64,000 nt of DNA from Acidimicrobiaceae bacterium. GTDB lineage: Bacteria > Actinomycetota > Acidimicrobiia > Acidimicrobiales > Aldehydirespiratoraceae. Shown piece after piece: positions 17,831 to 28,533 of this stretch. Every line of letters begins with the position of its first letter. Position 1 is the stretch's first letter. Position numbers and translations under genes: made by a program. The notes beneath the pieces were generated by a model. The model saw only the letters and a list, made by a program, of their open reading frames with translations. It made no database searches and was not told the DNA's origin. The stretch is from contig JAPOYA010000041.1 in assembly GCA_026706815.1 (NCBI GenBank), forward strand, positions 102,500-166,499. The letters are read 5' to 3'.

Positions 17831-18849
17831 AGGTTCTTGTGACGGGAGCGACGGGTTATCTGGGAAGCCTCGTGACCCGGCATCTGGCGTCCGATGGTCA
17901 CGACGTGCGACTCTTGGTCAGAACTCCGGCCAAGGTTGAGCCGTTGATGGACAAGCTTGCTGTTGACGCCGCGGTTCTTGAGGTTGTGAAAGGTGACATA
18001 ACCGACGCCTCCTCTGTGAATGCCGCGGTGCAGGGTTGTGAGGCAGTTGTGCATTGTGCGGCCATCGTGGCGACCGACCCGGCGCAGGCGAAAGCGATGG
18101 ACGAGACCAATCTGGCCGGCGCAGAGAACGTTCTCGGGGCCGCGGTCGCAGCCGGCTGTGATCCGATCGTGCATATTTCGTCGGCTGCCGCGCTGTTCCC
18201 CTTCCAGACCGATCCGGTGACCGCGGAGCATCCGGTTATGGGCAACGACGAGGCATATGGCCGCAGCAAAGCCGCTTGCGAACGATATGCCCGCAGTCTT
18301 CAGGATGAGGGCAGGCCGGTTGTGACCGTGTATCCGTCGTCGATCGTCGGACCGGATGATTGGACTGAATCGATCAACCTGTCGTCTGCGATCATGTGGT
18401 TCGAGAAGGGCTTCCCGATCGTCAAGGGCCTGAGCGGCAACTACGTCGACGTGCGCGATGTGGCCGCGGTCGTATCGGCTTGTCTGCAACCCGGCCAGGG
18501 TCCCAAGCGGCTGCTGGCGTTCGGCGCCAATGTGAATGCCAGGGAACATGTTGCGGCGCTGACCGAGGCGACTGGGGCCAAGATCAAGACCTTCCCGGCG
18601 CCTCGCTGGTTCATGTGGACTTGGGGACGACTCGGCGACGTCACCAGGCGCTTCGGCAAGGACATCGTGTTGACCAGTGATGGTTACGACTATCTGTTCA
18701 ATTGCAGGCCCGGGGATGACTCGGCGACCGAAACCGCCACGGGCGTGACCTTCCGCCCTGTGGTGGAGACCTTTCGCGACATGGCTCGTTGGATGTATGA
18801 GTCCGGCCGCCTGAAGGACGAGAAAGCAGGCACTCTCGCAGACGACTGA
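17827..18849 (+). CDS. NAD-dependent epimerase/dehydratase (extended SDR)
   Basis: VTGATGYLG, KGDITD, YGRSK, YVDVRDVA. Confidence 0.9.
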   Translation: MKVLVTGATGYLGSLVTRHLASDGHDVRLLVRTPAKVEPLMDKLAVDAAVLEVVKGDITDASSVNAAVQGCEAVVHCAAIVATDPAQAKAMDETNLAGAENVLGAAVAAGCDPIVHISSAAALFPFQTDPVTAEHPVMGNDEAYGRSKAACERYARSLQDEGRPVVTVYPSSIVGPDDWTESINLSSAIMWFEKGFPIVKGLSGNYVDVRDVAAVVSACLQPGQGPKRLLAFGANVNAREHVAALTEATGAKIKTFPAPRWFMWTWGRLGDVTRRFGKDIVLTSDGYDYLFNCRPGDDSATETATGVTFRPVVETFRDMARWMYESGRLKDEKAGTLADD

Positions 18850-18963
18850 CACGTTTCGGCGTGCCTGTCCGCCCCGGCTGCGTTTTGCGGGGCTCCGGCA
18901 ACGCCCGGCGATAGCAGAGCGCCCGGCGACAGCACTGTCACAGGGCGTGCTTAAGGTGTGCCC

Positions 18964-19467
18964 ATGTCAGTCGACGATTCGTTGCACGAGCTGATTTCGG
19001 TGTGGCCGCATGAAGGCCGCGCCGCGGAGTTGGTGTGCAGGTTGAAATACGGCAGGGCTACCGCTGCGGTTTCCGAATTGGCCCAAGCGATGGCGGATGT
19101 GTCCCCAGAGGCAGACCTCGTGACCTGGATCCCGGCTTCCCCCTCGCGTCGTCGCCGGCGGGGGTTTGATCAGGGCGAGTTGCTGGCCCGCGCGTTGGCT
19201 CGTCGCCGGCGGGTTCGCATAAGGCGGTTGCTGAGGCGATCCGATGACGACCCTCAGACCGGCCGCGATCGCGATGGTCGAGTCGTGGGGCCCGCATTCA
19301 AATCGTGTGGTCCGGTGTTGCGGTCGAGTCCGACGGTTCTTGTCGTCGACGATGTCTCGACGACGGGCACGACTCTGCGGTGCGCTGCGGCGCTGCTTCG
19401 GAGCAGAGGCGCAGGCGCGGTGTACGGCCTGGTCGCAACGCGGTCCCTGTCGATGGAGTCGATGTGA
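18964..19467 (+). CDS. ComF-family phosphoribosyltransferase-like protein
   Basis: LKYG, RRRRGFDQGELLA, VVDDVSTTGTTL; lies upstream of hpf. Confidence 0.85.
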   Translation: MSVDDSLHELISVWPHEGRAAELVCRLKYGRATAAVSELAQAMADVSPEADLVTWIPASPSRRRRRGFDQGELLARALARRRRVRIRRLLRRSDDDPQTGRDRDGRVVGPAFKSCGPVLRSSPTVLVVDDVSTTGTTLRCAAALLRSRGAGAVYGLVATRSLSMESM

Positions 19468-19637
19468 GCGCGGCGCCGCGAGGACAGCACCACGAACAGT
19501 CCGGCTTCTCTGGGAGCCGGCTGGATTGTTTCCGTCTGAATGCCGCCCGTTCCTGGTTCCGTCTTCTAACATCGGTTTGCAACAGAGGTCCTCCGTCGAT
19601 CTACTATCGGAAGCACACCGCAATCAGGAGGTAGGGC

Positions 19638-20237
19638 ATGGATGTCTCCATCAGCGCTCGGCATGTGAATGTCACGCCGCGACTGGAGGAGGTGATCCAC
19701 GAGAAGATCGGCCAGCTAGATCGCTATCTTGACGCGCTCGACTATGCGACCGTTCATTTCGACGAAGCCCGAAATCCTCGGATCGCAGACAAGGAGTTCT
19801 GTGAGATTGTCTTGAAAGGCCGAGGTCATCACCTGCGTTGCAAGGTGCGGGCCCCTGATCCCTTCACGGCCATCGACCTGGCCGAAGACAAACTGCTGCG
19901 GCAGATTCGCAAGCTTCGGACGAAGCTCCACCGTCGGCATCATGGAACTGGAGCGACCATCCGCTCGGGCGTCGACACACAACTCGGCGACACACAACTC
20001 GGCAATGTCGCCATCGTCGACCAGATGGCGGACATCGACGAGGCCGAGGAGCGGATTCCCCAGATCGTCAAGACGAAACGGTTCCATCTCGGTCCGCTGA
20101 CCCCAGACGAAGCCGTGGAGAAGATGGAGAACATGGACCACGGTTTCTTTTTCTTCATCAACAGGGAAACCGCGCGCAGCGCCGTGGTCTACCGCCGCGA
20201 TGACGGCGATGTGGGCTTGATCGACGAAGCCGGATAG
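19638..20237 (+). CDS. hpf: Ribosome hibernation promoting factor, long form
   Basis: ISARHVNVT...AIDLAEDKLLRQIRK; C-terminal EAVEKME..DHGFFFF...VVYRRDDGDVGLI. Confidence 0.93.
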   Translation: MDVSISARHVNVTPRLEEVIHEKIGQLDRYLDALDYATVHFDEARNPRIADKEFCEIVLKGRGHHLRCKVRAPDPFTAIDLAEDKLLRQIRKLRTKLHRRHHGTGATIRSGVDTQLGDTQLGNVAIVDQMADIDEAEERIPQIVKTKRFHLGPLTPDEAVEKMENMDHGFFFFINRETARSAVVYRRDDGDVGLIDEAG

Positions 20238-20302
20238 CAGCCGCAAGTCTCGTGGCTCTGCCCCATTTGCGGGACTAGTCCTCGCTAGAGTCTTGGGTAG
20301 CT

Positions 20303-23035
20303 ATGAGTGTATTCAAGCGGGTTCTTCGCAGCGGCGAGGGCCGCAAACTCAAGGCCCTTGAGGCCTTGGTACCGGACATCAACGCCCTCGAGCCCTCCAC
20401 GGAGGTGTTGTCCGACGACGCGCTGAAAGCCAGGACAACGGAGTTTCGAACCAGGCTGGACAGCGGCGAGAGTCCTAATGACCTGCTGATCGAAGCCTTT
20501 GCCGTGGTGCGCGAGGCGGCGCGGCGGGTGTTGGGGCAGCGGCACTACGACGTGCAACTCGTAGGCGGCGCGGCACTGCATCTCGGCGGAGTGGCGGAAA
20601 TGAAGACCGGGGAGGGGAAGACCCTCACGTCGACGCTTCCCATCTATCTCAACGGGTTGACAGGACTGGGTGTTCATATTGTCACCGTCAACGATTATCT
20701 GGCCCGCCGCGACTCGGAGTGGATGGGGCAGATTTATCGTTGGCTGGGGCTCGAAGTCGGGCTTATCGTCCCCGGCAACCGTGATCCCGATTTCAAACGG
20801 ACTCAGTACGCGGCAGACGTCACCTACGGAACCAACAATGAGTTCGGCTTCGATTATCTGCGTGACAACATGGCCACGAGCCGAGCGCGTCAGGTTCAGC
20901 GGGGCCATCACTATTGCATCGTCGATGAGATCGACTCGATTCTGATCGACGAGGCACGCACCCCGCTCATCATCTCCGGTCGTGTGGCTGACGCAGCCAG
21001 GCTCTACACCAGGTTCGCCGCGATCGCCCGGGGCTTGCGGCGCGATCTCCACTACGAAGTGGACGAGGAGAAGCGCACGGTCGCCCCTCTCGAAGAGGGG
21101 GTTCATGCTGTCGAGAGGGCTTTGGGGATCGACAATCTCTACGACCAGGTGTCGGCCAACCTGGTGCATCAACTGCAGGCGGCACTGAGGGCCAAAGAGC
21201 TGTACAAGAGGGACAAGGAGTACATCGTCGAGAAGGGCGCGGTGAAGATCGTCGACGAGTTCACCGGCCGGATCCTCGACGGGCGCCGCTGGTCCGACGG
21301 CCTGCACCAGGCGGTCGAGGCGAAAGAAGGGGTCGCGATCAAAGAGGAGAACCAAACCCTCGCCACGATCACGCTTCAGAACTACTACAGGCTGTATGAG
21401 CGCCTCGCGGGAATGACCGGCACCGCCCAGACGGAGGCGGCTGAGTTCGTCAGCACCTACGGGCTGCAGGTAGTCCCGATCCCGACTCATCGCCCGGTCG
21501 CCCGAGACGATGAGGCCGATTTGATCTACAAGAGCGAAGACGGCAAATTCTCAGCCTGCGTCGAAGATCTGGCTGCTCGTTATGAGTCGGGTCAGCCTGT
21601 TCTGGTCGGCACGATCTCCGTCGAGAAGTCCGAGAAGCTATCCCGCGCGCTGTCCAAGCGCGGGATACCCCATGAGGTGCTCAACGCCAAGCAGCATGAC
21701 CGGGAGGCCGAAATCGTTGCTCAGGCGGGGCGGCTCGGCGCGATCACCGTCGCTACCAACATGGCTGGACGTGGCGTCGATGTGCTTCTGGGCGGCAATC
21801 CGGAGGGACTCGCCGACCGCGATACGAGGGCCAAGGGCTACGACCTCGGAACCGAGGAAGGCCAGGCCTTCTACGCCGAGCGCCTCGCGGTCCATACCGA
21901 AAAGACCGAACGCGAGCGTCAAGAGGTCGTCGATCTGGGCGGGCTCTACGTGCTGGGCACAGAGAGGCATGAGAGCCGACGCATCGACAATCAGCTTCGG
22001 GGCCGCTCAGGCCGCCAGGGGGATCCGGGCCAGAGCAGGTTCTACCTGTCGCTTGAAGACGATCTGATGCGTCTGTTCGCCACGGGAGCAATGAACTGGG
22101 TGATGGATCGTGCTCTTCCAGAGGACCAGCCGATCGAGGCCAACATGGTCACCAAAGCCATCGAGCGCGCCCAGAACACTGTGGAGCAGCGCAACGCCGA
22201 AACGCGCAAGAACGTTCTCAAATACGACGAGGTGATGAACGAGCAACGCAAGGTGGTCTACAAGCGCCGTTCGCAGATCCTCGACGGCGCCGATCTTCAC
22301 ACCGAGGCTCTTGAGTACATTCAACTGGCCGTTGAGGGCGTGGTCGACGCCTACTGTGAATCCGAACTCTTCGAAGAGTGGGATCTCGAAGGGCTGATCA
22401 CCGAAGTCTCCACACTGTGGCCGACCAAGATCACAAAGCTGTCCCTCAGCAGCGTCCGCGACGTCGATGAACTGTTCGAACTGGTCCACGACGACGCCAT
22501 TGAGATCTACGAAGCCCGGGAATCGGAGCTCACAGCAGAGGTTCTTCGCCAAGTAGAGAGGCAAGTGATGCTTCTGGTCATCGACCAACGTTGGCGTCAG
22601 CATCTCTCAGAGATGGATCTGCTGCGCGAAGGCATCCACCTGCGTGCCATGGGGCAGAAGGACCCGGCAATGGAGTGGCAGCGTGAAGGTTTCGAGATGT
22701 TCGCCAAAATGATGACGAGCATCTCGGTTGATTTCGTCAGGTACGTCATGCATGTGCAGATGGCCGAGCAGACCGACGGCCAAGCGTCCGAAGAATCCGA
22801 TGGGCAACAGCTCGCTGGTGTGACTGAGCAGAAGCAGGCCGCTGCCGCTGGAACCCCGACCGCCGAGATCCCGTCCGCGGCTGCGCCTCTCGTGAAACCG
22901 AACCGAGCTCCTTCGCGGACGCCTGTGGTCAAAAGCGAACTCGAGAAAGTCGGCCGCAATGAACCCTGTCCATGTGGCAGCGGCAAGAAGTTCAAGATGT
23001 GTCATGGCCGAACAGCGGCGAGGGCTACGCTGTAA
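20303..23035 (+). CDS. secA: Preprotein translocase subunit SecA
   Basis: EMKTGEGKT, DEIDSILIDEARTPLIIS, HESRRIDNQLRGRSGRQGDPG, C-terminal CPCGSGKKFKMCH. Confidence 0.99.
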   Translation: MSVFKRVLRSGEGRKLKALEALVPDINALEPSTEVLSDDALKARTTEFRTRLDSGESPNDLLIEAFAVVREAARRVLGQRHYDVQLVGGAALHLGGVAEMKTGEGKTLTSTLPIYLNGLTGLGVHIVTVNDYLARRDSEWMGQIYRWLGLEVGLIVPGNRDPDFKRTQYAADVTYGTNNEFGFDYLRDNMATSRARQVQRGHHYCIVDEIDSILIDEARTPLIISGRVADAARLYTRFAAIARGLRRDLHYEVDEEKRTVAPLEEGVHAVERALGIDNLYDQVSANLVHQLQAALRAKELYKRDKEYIVEKGAVKIVDEFTGRILDGRRWSDGLHQAVEAKEGVAIKEENQTLATITLQNYYRLYERLAGMTGTAQTEAAEFVSTYGLQVVPIPTHRPVARDDEADLIYKSEDGKFSACVEDLAARYESGQPVLVGTISVEKSEKLSRALSKRGIPHEVLNAKQHDREAEIVAQAGRLGAITVATNMAGRGVDVLLGGNPEGLADRDTRAKGYDLGTEEGQAFYAERLAVHTEKTERERQEVVDLGGLYVLGTERHESRRIDNQLRGRSGRQGDPGQSRFYLSLEDDLMRLFATGAMNWVMDRALPEDQPIEANMVTKAIERAQNTVEQRNAETRKNVLKYDEVMNEQRKVVYKRRSQILDGADLHTEALEYIQLAVEGVVDAYCESELFEEWDLEGLITEVSTLWPTKITKLSLSSVRDVDELFELVHDDAIEIYEARESELTAEVLRQVERQVMLLVIDQRWRQHLSEMDLLREGIHLRAMGQKDPAMEWQREGFEMFAKMMTSISVDFVRYVMHVQMAEQTDGQASEESDGQQLAGVTEQKQAAAAGTPTAEIPSAAAPLVKPNRAPSRTPVVKSELEKVGRNEPCPCGSGKKFKMCHGRTAARATL

Positions 23036-23060
23036 CGCCGGCGATGCAGGATTTGTAACG

Positions 23061-24173
23061 ATGCAGGACTTCACTGATCAACTTGCCGCGATCCGAAGTC
23101 GAGTCGAAGAAGCGTCGAGATACCTGAGAATCGCGGATCTTGAGGCTCGTCGACCCCAGCTCGAGGCGGAAGCGTCGCGTGCGGACCTCTGGGATGACCC
23201 GGATTTGGCTCGCAGGGTCACCTCGGAGCTCGCGGCCGTGAACGAAGACCTGACCCTTTTCAATCGCCTGTGCGCTGATCTTGACGACGTCGAGACACTG
23301 TACGAGCTTGCCCGCGAGGAGGGAGAGGACTTGCTCAGCGCTGAGATCGCGCAAGCGTCGTCGGTGCTTGTTGCCAAGCTCGACGACTTGGAGGTGCGCT
23401 CCCTGTTCACCGGTGATTTCGACGAGGGCGACGCTGTTTGCCAGATCAAGTCGGGGGAGGGGGGGACAGACGCCCAGGACTGGGCTGAGATGCTGATGCG
23501 GATGTACAACCGCTGGGCCGATCGGCGAGGATTCGAAGTCGAGGTCACTGCCGTTTCGGAAGGCACTGAGGCGGGTCTTTCCAGTGTCGAGTTCATTCTG
23601 AAGGGGCGTCATGCCTACGGACTGATGCAGGCTGAGCATGGGGTGCACCGGTTGGTTCGGATCTCGCCCTTCAACAACGAGGGCAAACGCCAGACCGCCT
23701 TTTCGGCTGTGCAGGTGGCTCCGTTTTTCGAGGAGGTGGCAAATGAGATCGACATCGATGAGAAGGAGCTTCGGATCGACACATATCGCTCGTCCGGTGC
23801 TGGCGGTCAACACGTCAATGTCACTGATTCGGCTGTGCGCATCACCCATCTGCCGACGGGTCTGGTGACGAGTTGCCAGAATGAGCGCAGCCAGCACCAG
23901 AACAAAGACCGTGCCATACAGATGATGGCAGCCAAACTTCTGGATCTTGAACGCAAGAAGCGCGAGGCCGAAATCGCCGGGATTACCGGCGCCCAGGACA
24001 ACGTGGGTTTCGGCAGCCAGATCCGCAGCTATGTGATGCAGCCGTACCAGATGGTCAAGGATTTGCGCACCGACCACGAGACTTCCCAGATTGAAGGAGT
24101 TCTCAACGGTGAGATCGAAGTGTTCATGGAAGCTTGGCTTCGTTGGACCAGAGCGCGGAACTCCGCGGATTGA
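23061..24173 (+). CDS. prfB: Peptide chain release factor 2 (no programmed frameshift)
   Basis: GGTDAQDWAEML, HRLVRISPF, GAGGQHVN, QIRSYV; continuous frame from ATG 23061. Confidence 0.97.
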   Translation: MQDFTDQLAAIRSRVEEASRYLRIADLEARRPQLEAEASRADLWDDPDLARRVTSELAAVNEDLTLFNRLCADLDDVETLYELAREEGEDLLSAEIAQASSVLVAKLDDLEVRSLFTGDFDEGDAVCQIKSGEGGTDAQDWAEMLMRMYNRWADRRGFEVEVTAVSEGTEAGLSSVEFILKGRHAYGLMQAEHGVHRLVRISPFNNEGKRQTAFSAVQVAPFFEEVANEIDIDEKELRIDTYRSSGAGGQHVNVTDSAVRITHLPTGLVTSCQNERSQHQNKDRAIQMMAAKLLDLERKKREAEIAGITGAQDNVGFGSQIRSYVMQPYQMVKDLRTDHETSQIEGVLNGEIEVFMEAWLRWTRARNSAD

Positions 24174-24274
24174 CTCGGATTGCCCCCCGCCCGCTGGTAG
24201 TGTCCCGCGGTCGGCTGATGTGGACTACGCATGAGGCACACTGACACGGCGGCAACGCTGAGGACAGGATCGGG

Positions 24275-24952
24275 ATGATCAAACTCAACAACGTGACCAA
24301 GGTGTACAAGGGCACCGTTGTTGCGGTCCGTGATGTCACCGTGGATATCGCCAAGGGCGAGTTCGTGTTCCTTGTCGGCCCTTCGGGATCGGGCAAGTCG
24401 ACGTTCATCCGACTGCTGAATCGTGAGGAACTCCCCGAACACGGGACGATTTATGTGGCTGGCAGAGATATCGGCACGCTCGGCGCGTGGAGGGTGCCCT
24501 TCCTGCGGCGCAATATCGGCTTTATTTTCCAAGACTTCAAACTGCTTCCCAAGAAGACCGTGGCCGAGAATGTTGCTTTCGCGCTCGAGGTGATCGGCAA
24601 GCCCCGCCATGTTGTGCGCAAGCAGGTTCCTGCAATCCTGGAACTCGTCGGCCTGGCCGCAAAGATGGACAATTTTCCCCATGAACTCTCGGGTGGCGAG
24701 CAGCAGCGGGTGTCGGTGGCGCGAGCGTTCGTCAATCGTCCCCCGATTCTGTTGGCAGACGAGCCCACGGGAAACCTCGACCCTCAAACCTCGGTCGGGA
24801 TCATGAAGCTGCTTGATCGGATCAATCGCACGGGAACTACGGTGGTGATGGCCACCCACGATCGCAGCATCGTCGACACGATGCGTCGCCGGGTCATTGA
24901 ACTCGATCAGGGTGTGGTTGTCCGCGATCAGGCTCGTGGCGTCTACGAGTAG
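24275..24952 (+). CDS. ftsE: Cell division ATP-binding protein FtsE
   Basis: [34 protein letters not shown]; context prfB-ftsE-ftsX. Confidence 0.95.
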   Translation: MIKLNNVTKVYKGTVVAVRDVTVDIAKGEFVFLVGPSGSGKSTFIRLLNREELPEHGTIYVAGRDIGTLGAWRVPFLRRNIGFIFQDFKLLPKKTVAENVAFALEVIGKPRHVVRKQVPAILELVGLAAKMDNFPHELSGGEQQRVSVARAFVNRPPILLADEPTGNLDPQTSVGIMKLLDRINRTGTTVVMATHDRSIVDTMRRRVIELDQGVVVRDQARGVYE

Positions 24953-24957
24953 GTTTT

Positions 24958-25854
24958 ATGGCGCTCAGTCCGAGGTATGTCCTTCGTGAAACCGGCCAGA
25001 ATCTGTGGCGCAACGTCTTGTCGTCGGCCGCGGCGATCATCACGATCGGCGTTTCGCTGTGGCTCTTCGGCGGCTTCTTTCTGTTCAACTACGCGGTCGA
25101 CAACGCGACTGCCAGATGGGAGGGAGGCATCGAGTTCGTGGTTTGGATGCAGCCCGAAGCGACTGCAGAACAGGACGCGAACATTCGCAACAGCATCGAG
25201 GGAAGTCCGGCGATCAAGGAATGGGTGTACGTCGACCAGAATCAGGCTTATGAAGAGTTCCGGGAGATTTTTTCAGACACTCCTGAATTGATCGAGGTTG
25301 TCTCCCCCGATGTTCTGCCTCCGTCGTATCGGGTAGTCCCGGAGAATCCCGATGCTGACGTCGTGTCTGAACTGTCTGATCAATTCGTTGGTCGCCCCGG
25401 CGTGGAAGAGGTTGTTTCAGCTGACCAGACGATTCGCGACATTCAGCGCCTTGCCGACAAGGTGACCAGGGTTTTCCTGGTGGGTTCGGTGATCCTGCTC
25501 ACCGCGGCGACGTTGCTGATCTTGACCAACATCGTGAGTGCGATCCGCAGTCGTGGCGCCGAAATCGAGATTATGAAGGTGGTTGGCGCAACCAACTGGT
25601 TCATTCGCGTGCCGTTCATGCTCGAGGGTCTGGTCCAGGCGGTTATGGGGGCCATGGGCGCCTGGGTCGGTTTGCGGATTCTCGACGACACGGTCATCAA
25701 GGGATTGAGTGAACCCGACAGCTTGCAACTCATGCAGGGCTTCCGGGTCGACCAGGGCGAGTTCTACTCCACCAGCCTGCTTGTGTTGGTGATCGCGATT
25801 GTTGTGTCGGGCATCGGTTCTGCCGTTGCTGTGACTCGCTATCTGGACGTCTGA
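24958..25854 (+). CDS. ftsX: Cell division permease-like protein FtsX
   Basis: EIEIMKVVGATNWFIRVPFMLEG; four TM segments. Confidence 0.93.
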   Translation: MALSPRYVLRETGQNLWRNVLSSAAAIITIGVSLWLFGGFFLFNYAVDNATARWEGGIEFVVWMQPEATAEQDANIRNSIEGSPAIKEWVYVDQNQAYEEFREIFSDTPELIEVVSPDVLPPSYRVVPENPDADVVSELSDQFVGRPGVEEVVSADQTIRDIQRLADKVTRVFLVGSVILLTAATLLILTNIVSAIRSRGAEIEIMKVVGATNWFIRVPFMLEGLVQAVMGAMGAWVGLRILDDTVIKGLSEPDSLQLMQGFRVDQGEFYSTSLLVLVIAIVVSGIGSAVAVTRYLDV

Positions 25855-25862
25855 GGGGCGCT

Positions 25863-27101
25863 GTGGCCATTGATTTCACTCTGAGCCCGGAGCACGAAGA
25901 GGTTCGCAGTCGGGTTCGCGAGTTCGTCAATGAGGTGGTGAGACCAGCGGAGGCTGAAATCGAAGGCCACGGTGATGCTCCGGCACTGGAGGGCAAGCAA
26001 CGGGTCGAACGGCTGATCAATTTGCGCAAGCAGGCGCAAGAGCAGGGTCTTTGGCTGCCGCACATGCCAGTCGAGTGGGGCGGTATGGGTCTGGGCCATG
26101 TGGCGTTGGCGATGGTGCAAGCCGAGGCGGCGAAGTCGTATTACGGCCCCTGGGTGCTCAATTGCCAGGCGCCTGATGAGGGCAACATGCACACTCTGCT
26201 GCATTGGGCCACTCCCGCTCAGGCGGAGGAATACTTGAAGCCGTTGTGTCAGGGAACCGTCTGGTCGTGTTTCGCGATGACCGAACCGGAGGTGGCCGGC
26301 TCTGACCCGACTTTGATTCGCAGCAACGGTTACCAAGACGGCGAGGAATGGGTTCTCAACGGCCACAAGTGGTTCATCTCGAACGCCCATCGTGCCAACT
26401 TCGCCATCCTCATCGTTCGGACCGAAGACGACCCGGATCTCCCTCAGGCGGCCAACACTGCGTTCATCGTCGACCTTCCCACCCCCGGTTGGACCGAGGT
26501 GCGACAGATCGAGACGATGCATGGCGGCACCGGACACTCTGAGATCCTCATCGAAGACCTGCGCTTGCATGAGAGCCGGATGCTCGGCGGCAGGGGCCAA
26601 GGCCATCTGCTCGGCCAGTACCGCCTGGGCCCGGCCCGGCTGGCCCATTGCATGCGTTGGATCGCTCAAGCCGAAACGGCGCTCGACATGATGGTGGCCC
26701 GCTCGCTTGATCGTTACAGCCACGGCTCGATTCTGGCCGAGAAGCAGGGTGTTCAGTGGATGATCGCCGATTCGGCCATGGAGTTGTATCAGTGCAAGTT
26801 GATGGTGCTGCACGCTGCTTCGAAGATCGACGCCAATGAAGACTTCAAGTCTGAAGTGTCGATGGCGAAGCACTTTGTGGCGAATTCGTTGAACCGGATC
26901 ATCGACCGCGCCATTCAGGTGCACGGTGCTCTGGGCTACTCGACCGACACGCCTCTGGCTCATATGTTCCAACACGCCCGCTGGGCGCGCTTTGCCGATG
27001 GGGCTGACGAGGTCCATCAGATGCGTATCGCACAGCGCACGATCGCCGCCTACAAGGACCACGGCACAACGAAGTCCGCTACGGGCGGCCTTCCAGTCTA
27101 G
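25863..27101 (+). CDS. Acyl-CoA dehydrogenase family protein
   Basis: APDEGNM, CFAMTEPEVAGSD, NGHKWFIS, IDRAIQVHGALG, DGADEVH. Confidence 0.93.
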   Translation: MAIDFTLSPEHEEVRSRVREFVNEVVRPAEAEIEGHGDAPALEGKQRVERLINLRKQAQEQGLWLPHMPVEWGGMGLGHVALAMVQAEAAKSYYGPWVLNCQAPDEGNMHTLLHWATPAQAEEYLKPLCQGTVWSCFAMTEPEVAGSDPTLIRSNGYQDGEEWVLNGHKWFISNAHRANFAILIVRTEDDPDLPQAANTAFIVDLPTPGWTEVRQIETMHGGTGHSEILIEDLRLHESRMLGGRGQGHLLGQYRLGPARLAHCMRWIAQAETALDMMVARSLDRYSHGSILAEKQGVQWMIADSAMELYQCKLMVLHAASKIDANEDFKSEVSMAKHFVANSLNRIIDRAIQVHGALGYSTDTPLAHMFQHARWARFADGADEVHQMRIAQRTIAAYKDHGTTKSATGGLPV

Positions 27102-27106
27102 CCAGT

Positions 27107-27213
27107 CTAGGACGCGGCAACTGTTCCGGCAGCTTCAGCGACCGTGGTGGAGGCGAAGAAGTCGGGGTTCTGAGCGGTGAAGAGCCTTGCCGGGTCCTCA
27201 AAGGTGAGCCTTC
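27107..27213 (-). pseudogene. Probable C-terminal remnant of an amidohydrolase-family gene
   Basis: Minus strand reads RRLTFEDPARLFTAQNPDFFASTTVAEAAGTVAAS*, resembling the F.NP.RL....NPDFF.GT.V tail I recall for such proteins. No upstream body. Confidence 0.5.
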
Positions 27214-27300
27214 GGTCGGCGCCCGGCGGATGCCGGCGCTCCCGTCGACTACTAGTAGAAGCGTTCGGCTGCGCCGTTTCCAGGTTCGGGCTATGCGGGG

Positions 27301-28533
27301 CTATGCGGGAGTTTGTTGCGTCCCCACTTTGAGGTCTTTGAACGGGACTCCTTTGTCGACGCTTATGTCGCGAGGCAGTCCCAGCACTCGGTCACCGATG
27401 ATGTTGCGCTGTATCTCGTTGGTTCCTCCGGCGATTCCGCCTTGCAGGCTCGTCAGGGCCCCGCGTTGCCAGCGACCATCGGATTCGTCTTCCCAGGCGA
27501 CGCCGCCGGCGCCGACTATCTCCATTGAGACGTCGCGTACCTGGTTCATGATGATGGTGGTGGCGAGTTTGCTGATGGAACCTCCGGGTCCAGGGGTTTT
27601 GCCGGCTTTCATCTCGGCCCGAGTGCGCATTGACACGAGTGACTGGCAGGTTTCCATGGTGTAGATCCGCATGAGCTTCTGGCGCAGCACAGGGTCGTTG
27701 ATGATCCCGCGTTCGGTGGCTTCTTCGATGAGCTGGTCGGCTCGATCATGGCGGACGCCTCCGGTGGAGCCGGTGCCGATGGCGACTCGTTCGTACATCA
27801 GCATGGCGGTAGCCATGTTCCAGCCGTTGTTGAGATCGCCTAGGAGGTGGTCTGCGGGGATCTCTGCATCGGTGAAGAACACTTCGTTGAAGTGCGTCCC
27901 GCCGTCGATTTGGTGGATGGGGCGCACCTCCACTCCGGGGGCGTCCATCGGTACGATGAACATGGAGATGCCGGCGTGTTTGGGAACGTTCGGATCCGTG
28001 CGGGCGATAATCACGCCGTAGTCGCTGACATGGGCGAGAGTGGTCCATACTTTCTGGCCGTTGATGATCCAGGCGTCGCCGTCTCGTTCTGCTCTGGTTT
28101 GAAGGCTGGCCACGTCGGACCCGGCCCCTGGTTCTGAGAACATCTGGCACCAGACGGTGCGCCCGCTGATGTTGTCCGCCAAGAATCTGGCCTTCTGTTC
28201 GCGGGTGCCGTATTCGGCCAGCATCGGTAGGCACATGCCGTGGGAGATTGTGAGCTCGAAGCTCATGTTCGGGTATTCGGCGTAGATGTCGCGCCAGACT
28301 CGGTCGTGTGCCCGGGTGAGTCCGGCCCCTCCGTATTCGGTCGGGTAAACGATGCCGGCGAGGCCCGCTTCGGCCAATGCCTGCTGGAACTCTTTATTGG
28401 CGGCGAGTCGCTTGACCCCGCGGGGATCGGGTGTGCCGTCGGAGTGCATTCCGACTGCGTGTTCGTCGAGGAATGCCCGGCAGCGCTCCGCGAACTGGGC
28501 TAGTTCATCTTCAGCGACGGCGTCTGTAGCCAT
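27301..28533 (-). CDS. Acyl-CoA dehydrogenase family protein
   Basis: WCQMFSEPGAGSDVASL, NGQKVWTT, FNEVFF, IAGGTNEIQRNIIGDRVLGLP. Confidence 0.95.
   Translation of the reverse strand: MATDAVAEDELAQFAERCRAFLDEHAVGMHSDGTPDPRGVKRLAANKEFQQALAEAGLAGIVYPTEYGGAGLTRAHDRVWRDIYAEYPNMSFELTISHGMCLPMLAEYGTREQKARFLADNISGRTVWCQMFSEPGAGSDVASLQTRAERDGDAWIINGQKVWTTLAHVSDYGVIIARTDPNVPKHAGISMFIVPMDAPGVEVRPIHQIDGGTHFNEVFFTDAEIPADHLLGDLNNGWNMATAMLMYERVAIGTGSTGGVRHDRADQLIEEATERGIINDPVLRQKLMRIYTMETCQSLVSMRTRAEMKAGKTPGPGGSISKLATTIIMNQVRDVSMEIVGAGGVAWEDESDGRWQRGALTSLQGGIAGGTNEIQRNIIGDRVLGLPRDISVDKGVPFKDLKVGTQQTPA

Noticed and set aside
23061..23150. Programmed +1 frameshift in prfB
   Set aside because: The frame is continuous through this region; absence of the frameshift is normal for Actinobacteria.
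20285..24859. Long antisense ORFs over secA, prfB and ftsE (and similar shadows elsewhere)
   Set aside because: Expected by-product of high-GC codon usage opposite real genes.
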